From positions 221,464,001-221,528,000 of the forward strand of contig CM126212.1 of NCBI GenBank assembly GCA_052327205.1: a stretch of 64,000 nucleotides of DNA, given 5' to 3'. Of the stretch, positions 37,270 to 50,771 are shown in pieces (position 1 is the first letter of the stretch; each line of letters opens with the position of its first letter). This DNA comes from Somniosus microcephalus. Lineage: Eukaryota. The position numbers and the translations under genes are program-made. Below the pieces are notes generated by a model. The model did not search any database and had not been told where the DNA came from. It saw only the letters and a program-made list of their open reading frames with translations.

Positions 37270-38425
37270 AGCAGAACCAGGCACAACAGCAGCAGCAATA
37301 ACAGGAGCGCCAACCTCCTCCTCACCCACCTGATGCTGCACAGGGCAGAAGGCGTCAGCACAGGGCTGCACTGCGCCGCAGGAGATAACCCCAACACAGG
37401 GTTTACAGGCCGAGGATGAGCTTCCTCAACATGAGTGAGCAGCAATGCCAAAGGAAGCTGAGACTTTCGCGAGTGGTAGTCGCTGACATCTGCACAATGC
37501 TGCACCAACACCTGGAGCCCAGAGGAGCGGGTGGACACTCCTTACCAGTGGCTATCAAAGTCACCACCGTCCTCAATTTTTTTGCTTCAGGGTCCTTCCA
37601 GGGATCATCAGCAGACATCAGCAGCATCTCCCAGTCGGCCGCACACACTTGCATCACGCAAGTTACCGATGCCTTCTTTGCAAAGACGCACAATTATATC
37701 CACTTCTCCACGGGTGAAGCAAGTGTAACTGTGCGTGCAGTTGGCTTTGCAAATATGGCAGGCTTGCCAAGGGTGCAGGGCATCGTAGACTGCACACATG
37801 TGGTCATTAGGGCACCCCATCACAACCCAGCTGTATTTGTGAACCGCAAGGGCTTCCATTCCCTTAACGTCCAGCTAGTGTGTAACCACAGGAAGAACAT
37901 TATGCATGTTTGCGCCAAGTTCCCTGGCAGTTGCTATGACTCATTCATCCTGCGGCAGTCTACTATGTCTCAGCTCTTCAATCCGCCAACCCAATTTTCT
38001 GGATAGCTACTTGGAGACAAGGGCTATCCCCTGAAGATGTGGCTAATGATGCCATTGAGGAGGCCATCCAACGAAGCTGAGGAGCGCTACAATGCGAGCC
38101 ACATTTATGACCAGATCCATCATCGAGCAAACCATCGGCTTGCTCAAAATGCGATTCAGATGCCTTGACAGATCAGGTGGAGCCCTACAGTACTCACCAG
38201 CCAGGGTCTCCAGAATCATCGTGGTCTGCTGTGCACTGCACAACATCGCACAGCAGTGTGGCTTACTGCTGCCTGAGGAATAAGTGGCTCAGCGCACAGC
38301 CTCCTCCTCCTCAGAGGAGGAGGAAGAAGACCTTGCGGAGGCGGATGTGCCAGTTTCACCAGCACGCGAACACATTGCTGGCCGTGAGGCACGGGATGCA
38401 CTAATCCATGCCAGATTCGCTTAAG
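37270..38425 (+). pseudogene. Harbinger DDE transposase (HARBI1-like); N-terminus displaced to 33517-33580
   Basis: [68 protein letters not shown]; in-frame stops and a frameshift. Confidence 0.92.
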
Positions 38426-38687
38426 TTTACGAAGCAAACACATGTGGCTGCCACCTTCTTAACACACCATTCACCACCTGTACAATAAACTGTGGGTTCC
38501 TATCACTCTCACCACCATCATTACAGGTGAAAGGCGCCCTGACACCTCACTGTGACACTTCCATTTCTGGGCACACATAGGCCAACACTTTGAATGTTTG
38601 CCATTGCATTTCTTTATTACAATTGAAATGACGATGATAATCTTAAATTTGTATTACATCAAAACACCCAAGTGACTACCCTTGTGA

Positions 38688-40575
38688 TTATTTGTGTGTT
38701 AACTTTCTCTTACGCGTGCTTCTACATGGTGCTTCCCCTGTGGCTTCAGCAGATGTGGAGGCACCTTGCTCACTTTCATGCTGCTCCTGCTTCAACAACC
38801 TTGGCGGGTGTCCTCTGGGTTTGGCAGCCTGGGAGGGCTCGGCAACAGTCTGCTCCTCCTGCAGCTGTGCAGGGGCTGAGACAGCCATCTCAGTTGGGTG
38901 AGGAATCTGGGGCTCTGACCGAGTGCTCCGCAGTGGCATGGGAGTGTGAGCGCTTGGAGAGGAGCCCCCCACTTCCTTGTTGTCGACCACCAACATCCCT
39001 CTCATAGGCCGTCCGCACTTCACTGCTAGCAAGTGGCTGGAGAGCACCTTGCTGCACATCAGTGGGGCCATGAGAACCCGTTTCTGTACTGACAGTCCTC
39101 ATAATGGGGATGTCCATGTACCTCTGGTTCCTCTCCTCAATAGATGCCCATCTATCCTCCATAGCAGACCATCTATTTAGAAGAGTCACCATGTTCTCCT
39201 GAGTCTGGCGATTTATGTCCTCCAAGGAGGTTGCCACCCTCTCCATGGTTTAACGTTCATGCGCCATTGCCTCCACAAAGGCAGTGCTCATGTTTGAGAT
39301 GGACTCCTCCATTCTCTGCACACTCGCAGTTACCGTGGATGCAAAGCCTGTCAGAGACTCCTGCACTTGTTGCTGAAGTTCTCTTTCTGGATGGCCCCAG
39401 AGGCTCAGTATCCACATGCTGCTGAGCAGAGCTAGGAGCACCCTGTGACCTCCGACGAGGACTCTCCACTGCTGTCCCTGTCTCCACCATCTGCTGATGC
39501 TCACTTGGGAGCTGTGATACACCAGGTGACAACACTACTCTATCTCGCAAATGACCCACTGAGGTGTGTGTCTCTGCGCTGGTGCTGGGTGCGCTCAATT
39601 CTGCTGGCACTGCACTCTCAGAGGTTGCAGCTTCCTCTGCGGAATCTTCTGGCTCTTCCTCCTGGGAGGGGGGCTTTCGATGGTCCTGTGGGGGAGTAAA
39701 GGCATGAGTTAGACATGTGATATTAACGTAGCAGACACATCGAATTGTGCAGATGATCAGAACTCAATCTGTACGAACATCAGATGCCATATCAGCCACT
39801 CATGCAATCTAACTGAGAGGGCTGCAAATCTATTCTGTCAGCAACTTGCTCTACTGCGCCCGTCTGACCATCCCCCATTTCCAGTTCCTCAGCACCTCCG
39901 ATGATGTCGAGAGCAGTCTCCTCAGCGGTGGTCAAGTGGGCAATGGATGGTGGTCCTCCTCCTGTCCTCCCCCTCTCCCTCTTATTGTGGGCTCTCTTTT
40001 CCTGCAATGAGGAACACAAGTGGAGTTTGAGTGAGAATGTTGGCGTGAGTGTAGAGAATCCATAGCATAGATGCTTAGAGGGAGACAAAAATGGAGTGAG
40101 GTGCCAATACCAAGGACCCTCCCTGTTCGTTGTTAGTTGTTATCATTGCATAACTGAGAGCGAGTGTGAGGGGTGCATAGTAGAATGATGAAGTGATTGT
40201 GTACATAGAGAGAGAGGGATGGTTAAGGGTGCAAGGGATGTAAGGGTAGGTTGGGATGTGCAGGAGTAGGTTGACAATGCAGAGTGCTGGTGATGAGAGG
40301 AGATGGGGAGCAGATAAGTGTGATGTTATACTCACTTTTGCTGTGCGTAGCAGGTCATTGAACCTTTTCCTGCACCGAACCCAGGTGCAACCACACAAAG
40401 ACCTGGCGCTCACCTGCTCAGCAATTTGCAGCCAGGCTGCTTTGGTTTGCTGAGGAGGCTTCCTCCGTCCATTTGAGGGGAACAGTACCTCTTGGTGCCC
40501 TCTTACTCCCTCCACAAGAGCCTGGAGGGAGTCATCATCAAATCTGGGAGATGCCTTGGGTCTTGAAGCAGTCAT
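38688..40575 (-). pseudogene. Harbinger Myb/SANT-like (trihelix) DNA-binding gene, ~3 exons
   Basis: Exon 40575-40336 PRFDDDSLQALVEGV...AWLQIAEQV...CRKRFNDL with GTGAGT donor. Exon from 40001 EKRAHNKRERGRTGGGPP after TTGCAG. Frameshifted last exon ends ...RSTRKRKLTHK. Confidence 0.85.
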
Positions 40576-41032
40576 TTTCAGATGTGCCACACCGAGAAGC
40601 AGCAGAATAGGATTGATCAAAAACAAGGCTGCATGGGCCCCTTAAATGCAGCTGGCTGAAAGACGTCAGCAGAGGCGAGCAGCAGACCCGAACCCACTGA
40701 TTGGGCAGGGTATCGCACACGACGGGTTTAATCAGCCCACTTAAGAAAAAATCATAATTTCAGGGTGTATTAAACCGGCAGCGGGACCAGAACACGCCGA
40801 ACATCAAAGCCGCCTCCAACCGGAAAATCGCGACCGGAATCTCCGACAGTGTAGCACTCCCTCAGCGCTGCACTGAAGTATCAGCTTAAATTGCGTGCTG
40901 AAGTCTCTTGGAGTGGGACTTGAACCCACAACCTTCTGACTCAGAGGCGAGGGTGCTACCCACTGAGCCGCAAGTGACGCTGAAAGACGAACACATGACT
41001 GTCATCACTCGGTCTGTGCCTGGTCATTGTGA

Positions 41033-41576
41033 TCATAGATACATAGATGCATATAGAAGATAGGAGCAGGAGTAGGCCATTCGGCCCCTCGAGCCTGCTC
41101 CGCCATTCAATGAGATCATGGCTGATCATCCAAATTCAGTACCCTGTCCCTGTTTTCTCCCCATATCCCTTGATCCCTTTAGCCTTAAGAAATATATCTA
41201 ACTCCGTCTTGAATATATTTAATGAATTGGCCTCTACTGCCTTCTGTGGTAGAGAATTCCACAGGTTCACCATTCTCTGGGTGAAGAAATTCCTCCTCAT
41301 TTCTGTCCTAAATGGCTTACCCCTTATCCTTAGACTGTGACCCCTGGTTCTGGACTCCCCGGCCATCGGGAACATCCTTCCTGCATCTAGTCTGTCTAGT
41401 CCTGTTAGAATTTTATAAGTTTCATTGAGATCCCCTCTCATTCTTCTAAACTCCAGCGAGTATAAGCCTAATCAACCCAATCTCTCCTCATACGTCATTC
41501 CTGCCATCCCAGGTATCAGCCTGGTGAATCTTCGCTGCACTCCCTCCATGGCAAGAACATCCTTCTTCAGATAAGG
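41033..41576 (-). mobile_element. CR1 LINE 3' end, young subfamily
   Basis: ORF 41136-41441; near-identical to 1-481. Confidence 0.93.
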
Positions 41577-41707
41577 TATCAGACCATGCTGAATACTGAT
41601 GGCTGAAGCTGAAGGCAGCCAAGCAGAACCAACTAAAGTGGAACCATAAAACTGCTTCCATGTTCAAGAAAGCACAATAGGTGTGAAATTCCACGGACAC
41701 TTGTAAG

Positions 41708-42005
41708 CAGCAACAACAACAACAACAACTACTTGTATTTATATAGCGCCTTTAACATAGTAAAACGTTACGGTATTTTAAGACGAAAAAATTTGACACC
41801 GAGCTACATAAGGATAAATTAGGGCAGGTGAAGAGGTAGGTTTTAAGGAGCGTCTTAAAGGAGGAAAGAGAGGTAGCGAGGCGGAGAGGTTTAGGCAGGG
41901 AATTCCAGCGCTTGGGGGCCAAGGCAACAGAAGGCACGGCCACCAAAGGTGGAGCGATTATAATCAGGGATGCTCAATAGGGCAGAATTAGAGGAGGGCA
42001 GATAA
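41708..42005 (-). mobile_element. L2-type LINE 3' end with (TTG)n tail
   Basis: Homologous to 9630-9990; WNSLPKPLRLATSLSSFKTLLKTYLF. Confidence 0.8.
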
Positions 42006-43211
42006 AGTGGGGGGAAGATCAGCGGGTGGGACTTCTACCTGCCGCTTTGACAAGGCCACGGCGCCTTCCCAATCCGCAGGGAATGTGTGGTCATTTACAT
42101 AGTCGGGTGGGTGACCCACACCTGTGGTGGTGCCTGCCCCAATAAGGTGCAGAAATGTTGGAGCAACACCTGGCTGTTCTAAGGTAGGGTGCTCGAGGAC
42201 CTTATCAGAACAAAGATATAAATTGAAGGAAAACATTTCCCCCCACAGGTAGCAAAGGGTCTGCAGTAAGAAGGTCATTCATTGGTCACTCTGGGATTGA
42301 GAACCGCTGCTCGGTTACATTTTTGAGGCCTTTAGTAGACGCAAAAAAAAAAAAAAAAACCCACGCCTGCTCTCGCCGAGTGTATAGATACTGTCGGGCT
42401 TAAAGGGGGTGAGCTGGAAGGAATACCTGAGGTAGCCCGGGGCTGACCCCGGACACATCTCCAACCTGCTTCCAGGATATAGAAATTTACAGAAGGAGAC
42501 CATTTGCAGGGGAGGGGCAGAAGATGCACGCTCCTTCCTTGGATCAGGATTTCCCGAAACAGGGCAAATGGGTGGTGGAAACCCAACACATCTGGGTTCC
42601 ATCCCACGTTTTGGTGGCCTAGTGGGACAAACCCCCGACTTATGCCCTCCCAACCCAGGAATTTCGGGTCCAATGTTATTTTGAGTATAACGATGAATAC
42701 ATTTTGATGCTTCTTAAAGAATGCTACTTATTGTGTGTTTTTCACCCAATCTTTAGTGAGTCTTGGGCCTAATTCCTTATCCTGATGATAAAGTATATGA
42801 GTAATTTGAGACATGACGTGTGGTGAGTGTAGCACACTTGTGAGGAAGAGGTGACTTTGAACCTATGGTTCCCAAAGCTCTCCACCACTGGGGTTTCCCT
42901 CGTGTCATGTCTGGGTCTGTTGTAGACTTGTAGACTAATTGATAGAGATCGCTTGCTATGATTAATCAACTCCATTATCGTTGTATCATGCGACGACCAG
43001 GATGGTAGAAGGCGAACTAGGTGGACCTTGGTCTTTTCTTGTCTAGCAATTCCTCTGTTCCAATAAAGAGGCTCCCATTTCTTCTCCTAGGATACACCTG
43101 AATAAAGCCCAAAATCAAATTTTCCAGCACTGGGCATCAAAAAATAATCAGCAGTGGGATCCTGACTGATACTTCCCTTGCCCCGTCCTGTGAGGCTATG
43201 GACAATTATGG

Positions 43212-46040
43212 CATAAGAACATAAGAAATAGGAGCTGGAGTAGCCATTCGGCCCCTCGAGCCTGCTCCGCCATTCAATAAGATCATGGCTGATCTTCGAC
43301 CTCAACTCCACTTTCCTGCTCTATCCCCATATCCTTTGATTCCCTTAATATCCAAAAATCTATCGATCACTGTCTTGAATATATTCGACGATTCAGACTC
43401 TACAGCCCTCTGGGGTAGAGAATTCCAAAGATTCACCACCCTCTGAGTGAAGAAAGTTCTCCTCATCTCAGTCCTAAATGGCCGACCCCTTATTCTGAGA
43501 CAATGAGCTCTAGTTCTAGACTCCCCAGCCAGGGTAAACATCCTCCCTTCATCTACCCTGTCAAGCCCTGTAAGAATGTTGTATGTTTCAATGAGATCAC
43601 CTCTCATTCTTCTAAACTCTAGAGAATATAGGCCTTGTCTACTCAATCTCTCCTCCTAGGACAATCCCCCCATCCCAGGAACCAGTCTGGTGAACCTTCG
43701 TTGCACTCCCTCTATGACAAGTATATCCTTCCTTAGGTAAGGAGACCAAAACTATACACAATACTCCAGGTGTGATCTCATCAGGGCCCTATGTAATTGC
43801 AGTAAGACGTCTTTACTCTTATACTCAAATCCTTTTGTAATAAAGGCCAACATACCATTTGCTTTCCTAATTGCTTGCTGTACCTGCATGTTAACTTTCA
43901 ATGATTAGTGTACAAGGACACCCAGGTCCCTCTGAACACCACCATTTCCCAATCGCTCACCATTTAAAAAATACTGTTTTTCTATATTTCCTACCAAAGT
44001 GGATAACTTCACATTTCTCCACATTATATTCCATTTGCCATGTTCTTGCCCACTCACTTAGCCTGTCTATATCCCCTTGAAGCCTCCTTGCATCCTCCTC
44101 ACAACTTACATTCCCACCCAGCTTTGTATCATCAGCAAACTTGGATATATTACATTAGGTCCCCTCACCCAAATCATTGATGTAGACTGTGAATAGCTGA
44201 GGCCCAAGCACTGATCCTTGCGGTACCCCACTAGTTACAGCCTGCCAACCCAAAAATGACCCGTTTAATCCTATTTTCTGTTTTCTGTCCGTTAACCAAT
44301 CCTCAATCCATGCTAGTATATTAACCCCAATCTCATGAGCCCTAATTTTGTTTAATAACCTCTTGTGTGGCACCTTATTGAATGCCTTCTGAAAATCCAA
44401 ATACACCACATCCACTGGTTCCCCCTTATCTATTCTGCTAGTTACAACCTCAAAAAACACTAACAGATTTGTTAAACACGATTTCCCTTTCATAAATCCG
44501 TGTTGACTCGGCCCAATCCTATTATTATTTTCTAAGTGCCCTGTTACCACGTCCTTAATAATAGATTCTAGCATTTTCCCTACTGCTGATGTCAGGCTAA
44601 CTGGTCTGTAGTTCCCCGTTTTCTCTCTCCCTCCTTTCTTAAATAGTGGGGTTACATTTGCCACCTTCCAGTCCGCGGGAACCGTTCTAGAATCTATGGA
44701 ATTTTGGAAAATGACAACCAATGCATCCACTATCTCTATAGCCACCTCTTTCAAAACCCCAGGATGTAAGCCATCTGGTCATGGGGATTTATCGGCTTTC
44801 AGTCCCATTAATTTCTCCAGTACTATTTTTTTACTAATACTAATTTCTTTCTTGCTAGAGCCTTGCTTCTCCATTATTTCCAGAAAGTTTTTTGCGTCTT
44901 CTTCCGTGAAGACAGACACAAAGTATTTGTTTAATTTCTCTGCCATTTCCTTATTCCCCATTATAATTTCTCCTGCCACAGCCTGTAAACGACCCACATT
45001 TACTTTTGCTAATCTTTTCCTTTTTACATACCTATAGAAGCTTTTACAGTCTGTTTTTATGTCTTCTGCTAGTTTACTCTCATATTCTATTTTCCCTTTA
45101 TTTATCAATTTCTTTGTCCTCCTTTGCTGAATTCTGAAATCCCCCCAGTAATCAGGCTTACTACTCTTTTTTGGCAACATTAAAAGCCTCTTCCTTTGAT
45201 CTAATACTACCTTTAACTTCTCTTGTTAGTCACCGTTGGACCACTTTTCCTGTGGGGTTTTTGTACCTTAAAGGAATGTATATTTGTTGTAAATTATGTA
45301 TTAATTCTTTAAATGCTAGCCATTGCTTGTCTACCATCATAACTTTTAATGTAGTTTCCCAATCTACCTTAGCCAACTAACCCCTCATACCTTTGTAATT
45401 TGCTTTGTTTAGATTTAAGACCCTAGTTTCGGATTTAACTAAATCACTTTCAAACTCAATATAAAATTCTATCATATTATGGTCACTCTTCCCTAAAGGC
45501 CCCTTTACTACAAAGTTATTAATTAACCCTTTCTCATTGCACAATGCTAGATCTAAAATAGCCTGTTCCCTAGTTGGTTCCTCAACATATTGATCTAGAA
45601 AACTATCTTGCATACATTTCATGAATTCATCCTCCACACTATTACTGCAAATTTGGTTTGCCCAGTCTGTATGTAGATTAAAGTCCCCCATGATTGCTGT
45701 ATTATCCTTGTTACATGCGCCTCTAATTTCCTGATTTATACTCTGCCCTACATTACAACTACTGTTTGGGGGTCTATAAACAACTCCCACCAATATTTTC
45801 TGCCCCTTGCTGTTTCTTAGCTCCACCCAAACTGATTCTACTTCTTGATTTTCGGAGCTAAGATCCTTTCTCTCTACTGTCTTTATCTATTATCAGAGCT
45901 ATCCCTCCTCCTCCTTTTCCATTTTGTCTATCTCTTCTAAGAGTTAAGTATCCTGGAATATTTAGTTCCCAACCTTGGCCACTATGCAACCATGTCTCCG
46001 TAATGGCTATTAGATCAAACCTGTTCATTTCTATCTGCGG
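43212..46040 (-). mobile_element. CR1 LINE ORF2 (EN and RT), 5'-truncated, decayed
   Basis: Successive ORFs from 45858-46043 to 43302-43646; highly similar to 2362-4508. Confidence 0.95.
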
Positions 46041-46134
46041 CACCCCTAACCCTACTCTGACTAAGATCAGCTAACTCAGCAAAGACCGGAGATTGAACCG
46101 AGAATTGCCCTAGTCTGTATCACTCAGTACAAAA

Positions 46135-46610
46135 AGAAAAAGAAAGAAAGACTTGCATTTATATAGTGCCTTTCACGACCACCGGACGTCTCAAAGCACT
46201 TTACATTCAATGAAGTACCTTTTGAAGTGGAGTCACTGTTTTAATGTGGGAAACGCAGCAGCCAATTTGCACACAGCAAGGTCCCAGAAACAGCAATGTG
46301 ATAATAACCAGATACAGTAATCTGTTTTTGTTATGTTGGTTGAGGGATAAATATTGGCCAGGACACTGGGGATAACTCCCCTACTCTTCTTCGAAATAGT
46401 GCCCATGGGATCTTTTATGTCCACCTGAGAGAACCGACAGGTTAACGTCTCATCTGAAAGACAGTACCTCCAACAGTGCAGCACTCCCTCAGCACTACAC
46501 CAGAGTGTCAGGCTAGCTTTGATGTGCTCAAGTCCCGGGAGTGAGACTTGAACCCACAACTTTCTGACTCAGAGGCGAGTGCGCTACCCACTGAGCCACT
46601 GAGCCACAGC
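46135..46610 (-). mobile_element. Full-length tRNA/Deu-domain SINE (SacSINE1-like)
   Basis: Head tggctcagtgggtagc...gggttcaagtc (A and B boxes), Deu-type core, L2-like tail plus (TTTC)n. Confidence 0.8.
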
Positions 46611-47324
46611 TGGGAAGTGCATCTACCCGTTAACCCGTTGAAGGAGAGGTGCATTTCTAATAACTCAAACAGTGTACCACTTTAAGTTATTGGAAATGCA
46701 CTTTGAGTAAAAGACATATCAATAATCACTGATGAGTTGAAGACCATTCACTCTTGTGCAATAGCTCATAGCAAAATCTGTTACCAGTTCAATGTTATAG
46801 ATACAGTCCATAACTGCTGACTGAACTAAATGATTTCCTTATAGGCAGACACTAGTCCCAGCAGTATGCTCATCCAGCCAGCTGTATCTAAGTGAACATT
46901 GAATTTATGTAACACACCGTGACCTTTCAAATTGATTACATTTGCTGAACAGAATTGTTATAGATGACTGGAGTAAAGGTCAAAATATCCATTTACACTG
47001 ACAATGTATATTATTCAGATAATAGTCCCTTGTTCCTATTTAGATGTTGGAGTCAATTTCTCATAATTAAGTCCTTTTATAATTTATGCGCACAGTTAAA
47101 GCACAATCTGTGCCAAGAAGACTGGTTGAGGAGTGCTTGGAACATTTGGTAACAAACCATGGGCGTGTGGAGCATATGCATCCCTCGTAAATAGCCTTTT
47201 AACAGATGCTGAATATAGAAAGATTATTTGTAACAATACTTTTACATTGAAACAGCTACTATATATGAATATGATATATTAGACGTGGTGGGACAGCACC
47301 ACAAAGAAATGTGATCATTGTTAT

Positions 47325-49793
47325 AGAGACAGGATTAATTAAAAATGTCCTAGTAAAGGATCCCCTTGGAATGAGTGACCATAACATGGTTGAATTCCAT
47401 ATTCAATTAGAGGGTGAGGAGGTTGTATCTCAAACAAGCGTGCTAAGCTTGAATAAAGGAGACTATGAAGATATGAGAGCGGAATTGAGTAAAGTGGATT
47501 GGGAAAATAGATTAAAGGGTAAGACGATACAAGATCAGTGGTGTACATTTAAGGAGTTATTTTACAACTTCCAAAAAAAGTATATTCCACTGAGAAAAAA
47601 AGGGTGTAAAAGAAAAGACAGCCATCCGTGGCTAAGTAAAGAAATTAAGGATAGTATTCGACTAAAAACAAGGGCATATAAGGTAGCCAAATCTAGTGGG
47701 AGGATAGAGGATTGGGAAAACTTTAAAAGACAGCAAAAAATAAAAAAAAGATTGATTAAGAAAGGGAAGATAGATTATGAAAGTAAATTAGCAAAAAATA
47801 TAAAGACAGATAGTAAGAGTTTTTATAGTTATATAAAAAGAAAAAGGGTGGCTAAAGTAAATGTTGGTCCCTTAGAGGATGAGACCGGGAAATTAATGGT
47901 GGGAAATATGGAGATGGCAAAAACACAATGAATATTTTGTATCAGTCTTTACAGTAGAGGACACCAAGAATATCCCAACACTGGACAAGCAGGGGGCTAT
48001 AGGGGGGGGAGGAGATAAACACGATCAAAATCACTAAGGAAGTGGTACTCGGTAAAATAATGGGACTCAAGGCGGATAAATCACCTGGACCTGATGGCTT
48101 ACATCCTAGGGGCTTGAGGGAAGTGGCGGTAGGGATTGTGGATGCATTGGTAATAATCTTCCAAAACTCCCTGGACTCAGCAAAGGTCCTGGCAGACTGG
48201 AAAACTGCTAATGTAACACCCTTATTTAAAAAGGGCAGTAGACAGAAGGCTGGAAACTATAGACCGGTTAGCCTAACATCTGTGGTAGGTAAAATTTTGG
48301 AGTCCATTATTAAGGAGACAGTAACAGGACATTTGGATAATCATAATTTAATAGGACAAAGTCAGCATGGTTTTATGAAGGGGAAGTCATGTTTGACAAA
48401 TTTGCTGGAGTTCTTTGAGGAAGTAACATATAGGGTGGATAAAGGTGAACCAGTGGACGTAGTGTATTTAGACTTCCAAAAGGCATTTGACAAGGTGCCA
48501 CACAAAAGATTATTGCTTAAGATAAAAAATCACGGGATTGGGGGTAATATTCTGGCATGGATAGAGGATTGGCTATCTAACAGAAGGCAGAGAGTTGGGA
48601 TAAATGGTTCATTCTCAGACTGGCAATCAGTAACCAGTGGTGTTCCGCAGGGGTCAGTGCTGGGTCCCCAACTCTTTACAATCTATATTAACGATTTGGA
48701 GGAGGGGACCGAGTGTAACATATCAAAGTTTGCAGATGATACTAAGATGGGAGGGAAAGTAGTGAGTGAGGAGGACATAAAAAACCTGCAAGGGGACATA
48801 GACAGGCTAAGTAAGTGGGCAGAGATTTGGCAGATGGAATACAATACTGGAAAGTGTGAGGTTATGCACTTTGGCAGGAAAAATCGTAGAGCAAGTTATT
48901 ATCTTAATGGCAAGAAACTGGAAAGTACTGAAGTACAAAGGGATCTGGGGGTCCTGGTGCACGAAACTCAAAAGGTTAGTATGCAGGTGCAGCAAGTGAT
49001 TAAGAAGGCCAATGGAATGTTGGCTTTCATTGCTAGGGGGATAGATAATAAAAACAGGGAGGTATTGCTTCAGTTGTACAAGGTATTGGTGAGACCGCAC
49101 CTGGAATACTGCATACAGTTTTGGTGTCCATACTTAAGAAAGGACATACTTGCTCTCGAGTCAGTACAAAGAAGGTTCACTCGGTTGATCCCGGGGATGA
49201 GGGGATGGACATATGAGGAGAGGTTGAGTAGATTGGGACTCTACTCATTGGAGTTCAGAAGAATGAGAGGCGATCTTATTGAAACATATAAGATTATGAA
49301 GGGGTTGGATCGGGTGGATGCAGGGAGGATGTTCCAGATGATGGGTGAAACTAGAACTAGGGGGCATAGTCTTAGAATAAGGGGCTGCTCTTTCAAAACT
49401 GAGATGAGGAGGAACTACTTCACTCAGAGGGTGGTAGGTCCATGGAATATGCTGCCCCAAAAAGCTGTCGAAGCTACATCATTACATAAATTTAAAACAG
49501 AAATAGACAGTTTCCTAGAAGAAAAGGGAATTAAGGGTTACGGGGAGCGGGCAGGAATTTGGACGAGTCTAGGTTCGGATCGGTCATGGCCCTGTGGGTA
49601 GCGGAGCGGGCCCAGGGGCCGTGTAGCCTGATCCTGCTCCTGTTTCGTGTGTCTAATTCTGTTAGATTCAGGAGATAGTCCTGTCATAGTGGATTGGCGG
49701 TTAGGGTCAGATCAGCCATGATCTTATTGAATGGCGGAGCAGGCTCGAGGGGCCAATTGGCCTACTCCTGCTCCTATTTCTTATGTTCTTATG
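47325..49793 (+). mobile_element. 5'-truncated CR1 LINE with uninterrupted 519-aa RT ORF (48042-49601)
   Basis: Complete RT motifs ([36 protein letters not shown]); doubled 3' UTR. Confidence 0.95.
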
Positions 49794-50013
49794 TCGGCAA
49801 ACAGCAAGAGGAATGATTCTGGGTCGGAGATCAATCACTGAGCTATGAAAAGAGCGGATGGGAACTCAACCTGCTCCTTCAGCAGGAAAAGAAATCGGAA
49901 AAAGATTTCTGTCATGTTCAGGTAGATGGGCATTTTTCCTTGGGCTGCACATAGGGCGACGTGTCTATTAGATTCCTGCCCCATAAATAAGGAATCAGAC
50001 CAAAGACGGCATT

Positions 50014-50771
50014 GGCTCAGAATTTGCAGTCAGCGGTGAAGGAACGGCGCTCGCCATTCACCTCACTGACAGCTGCCCACAAAGTTTTCACGGGCTTTTG
50101 AGCAGAGACTTGCTGTCATCGGGTGTCTGGTCCAGTGTGGCGCCCTCTACAGGGCGTCTGTGAGCATGACAAGCAACAGCATGGCTCTTCAACCAATCAG
50201 ATTGAAGAATCCTCACTGAGACCCGCAGAGTCTAAGCCAGGAAGTATAAAATAGATTTCAATCATGTACAGAAAGTGGAATAAAGATTGGGAAAGACAGA
50301 TGGGATTAAGAAAGGGAGATAAAAGAGACAGACAGAAGAAGTTAAAAAAAAATTGTTTGAATTTTTTTAAATCTCCAACACTTATCAATTTCTGAAGGAA
50401 TGAGACTCCACACTTGTAAAATTAAATTTTCAGGGCCAGAGAGGTTGTTTGGCATTAATTATCACTTATCGCACCATTACAAATTCACTTACTCCTTCAT
50501 GCACCAGCCCTAATTTTTTCTGCTGTATTTAGTGGGGAACTAGTGGGTAAGCACCCCAACTTCACGCCATTGCATTAATTTCAGTGCCGAGTCTGTCAAC
50601 GAGGACTGTTACAACGGACCCTGTGACAGAGCGGGGTATCTCTGACAGCAACTTCCAGATTTCCGCGTTTAACTGCACACGTGTGGACGCCGGAAGCTGC
50701 TGTCAGATTTACTCCGTTATAACGGTGAGCGCTGTTAGCCTCACCGTTATTCCTATCGCAAAATCCGGCCC
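50014..50771. mobile_element. Harbinger-like MITE; related copy at 54509-55254
   Basis: TIR ggctcagaatttgc / gcaaaatccggccc. Internal AG-rich block and tttcagggccagagaggttg motif shared with the 54.5-55.25 kb copy. Confidence 0.65.

Larger units (their letters stand above)
32990..40835 (+). mobile_element. Formerly autonomous PIF/Harbinger DNA transposon, interrupted by a CR1
   Basis: TIR ggccgcgatttt / aaaatcgcgacc (11/12); 3-bp TSD GGC/GGA; convergent transposase and Myb/SANT genes. Confidence 0.9.

Noticed and set aside
36876-37538. 220-aa ORF as a novel protein
   Set aside because: Chance fusion of antisense transposase sequence with the CR1 ORF1 esterase across the insertion junction.
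37416-38425. Domesticated HARBI1 host gene
   Set aside because: It has stops, a frameshift, a LINE insertion, TIRs and a TSD, so it is a dead transposon copy.
46520-46610. tRNA genes (also ~40910-40970, 61130-61195, 17090-17145)
   Set aside because: A/B-box heads of SINEs, continuous with the SINE body; no full cloverleaf.
48042-49601. Active autonomous LINE
   Set aside because: 5'-truncated, lacking ORF1 and most of the endonuclease, with a frame break near 47930.
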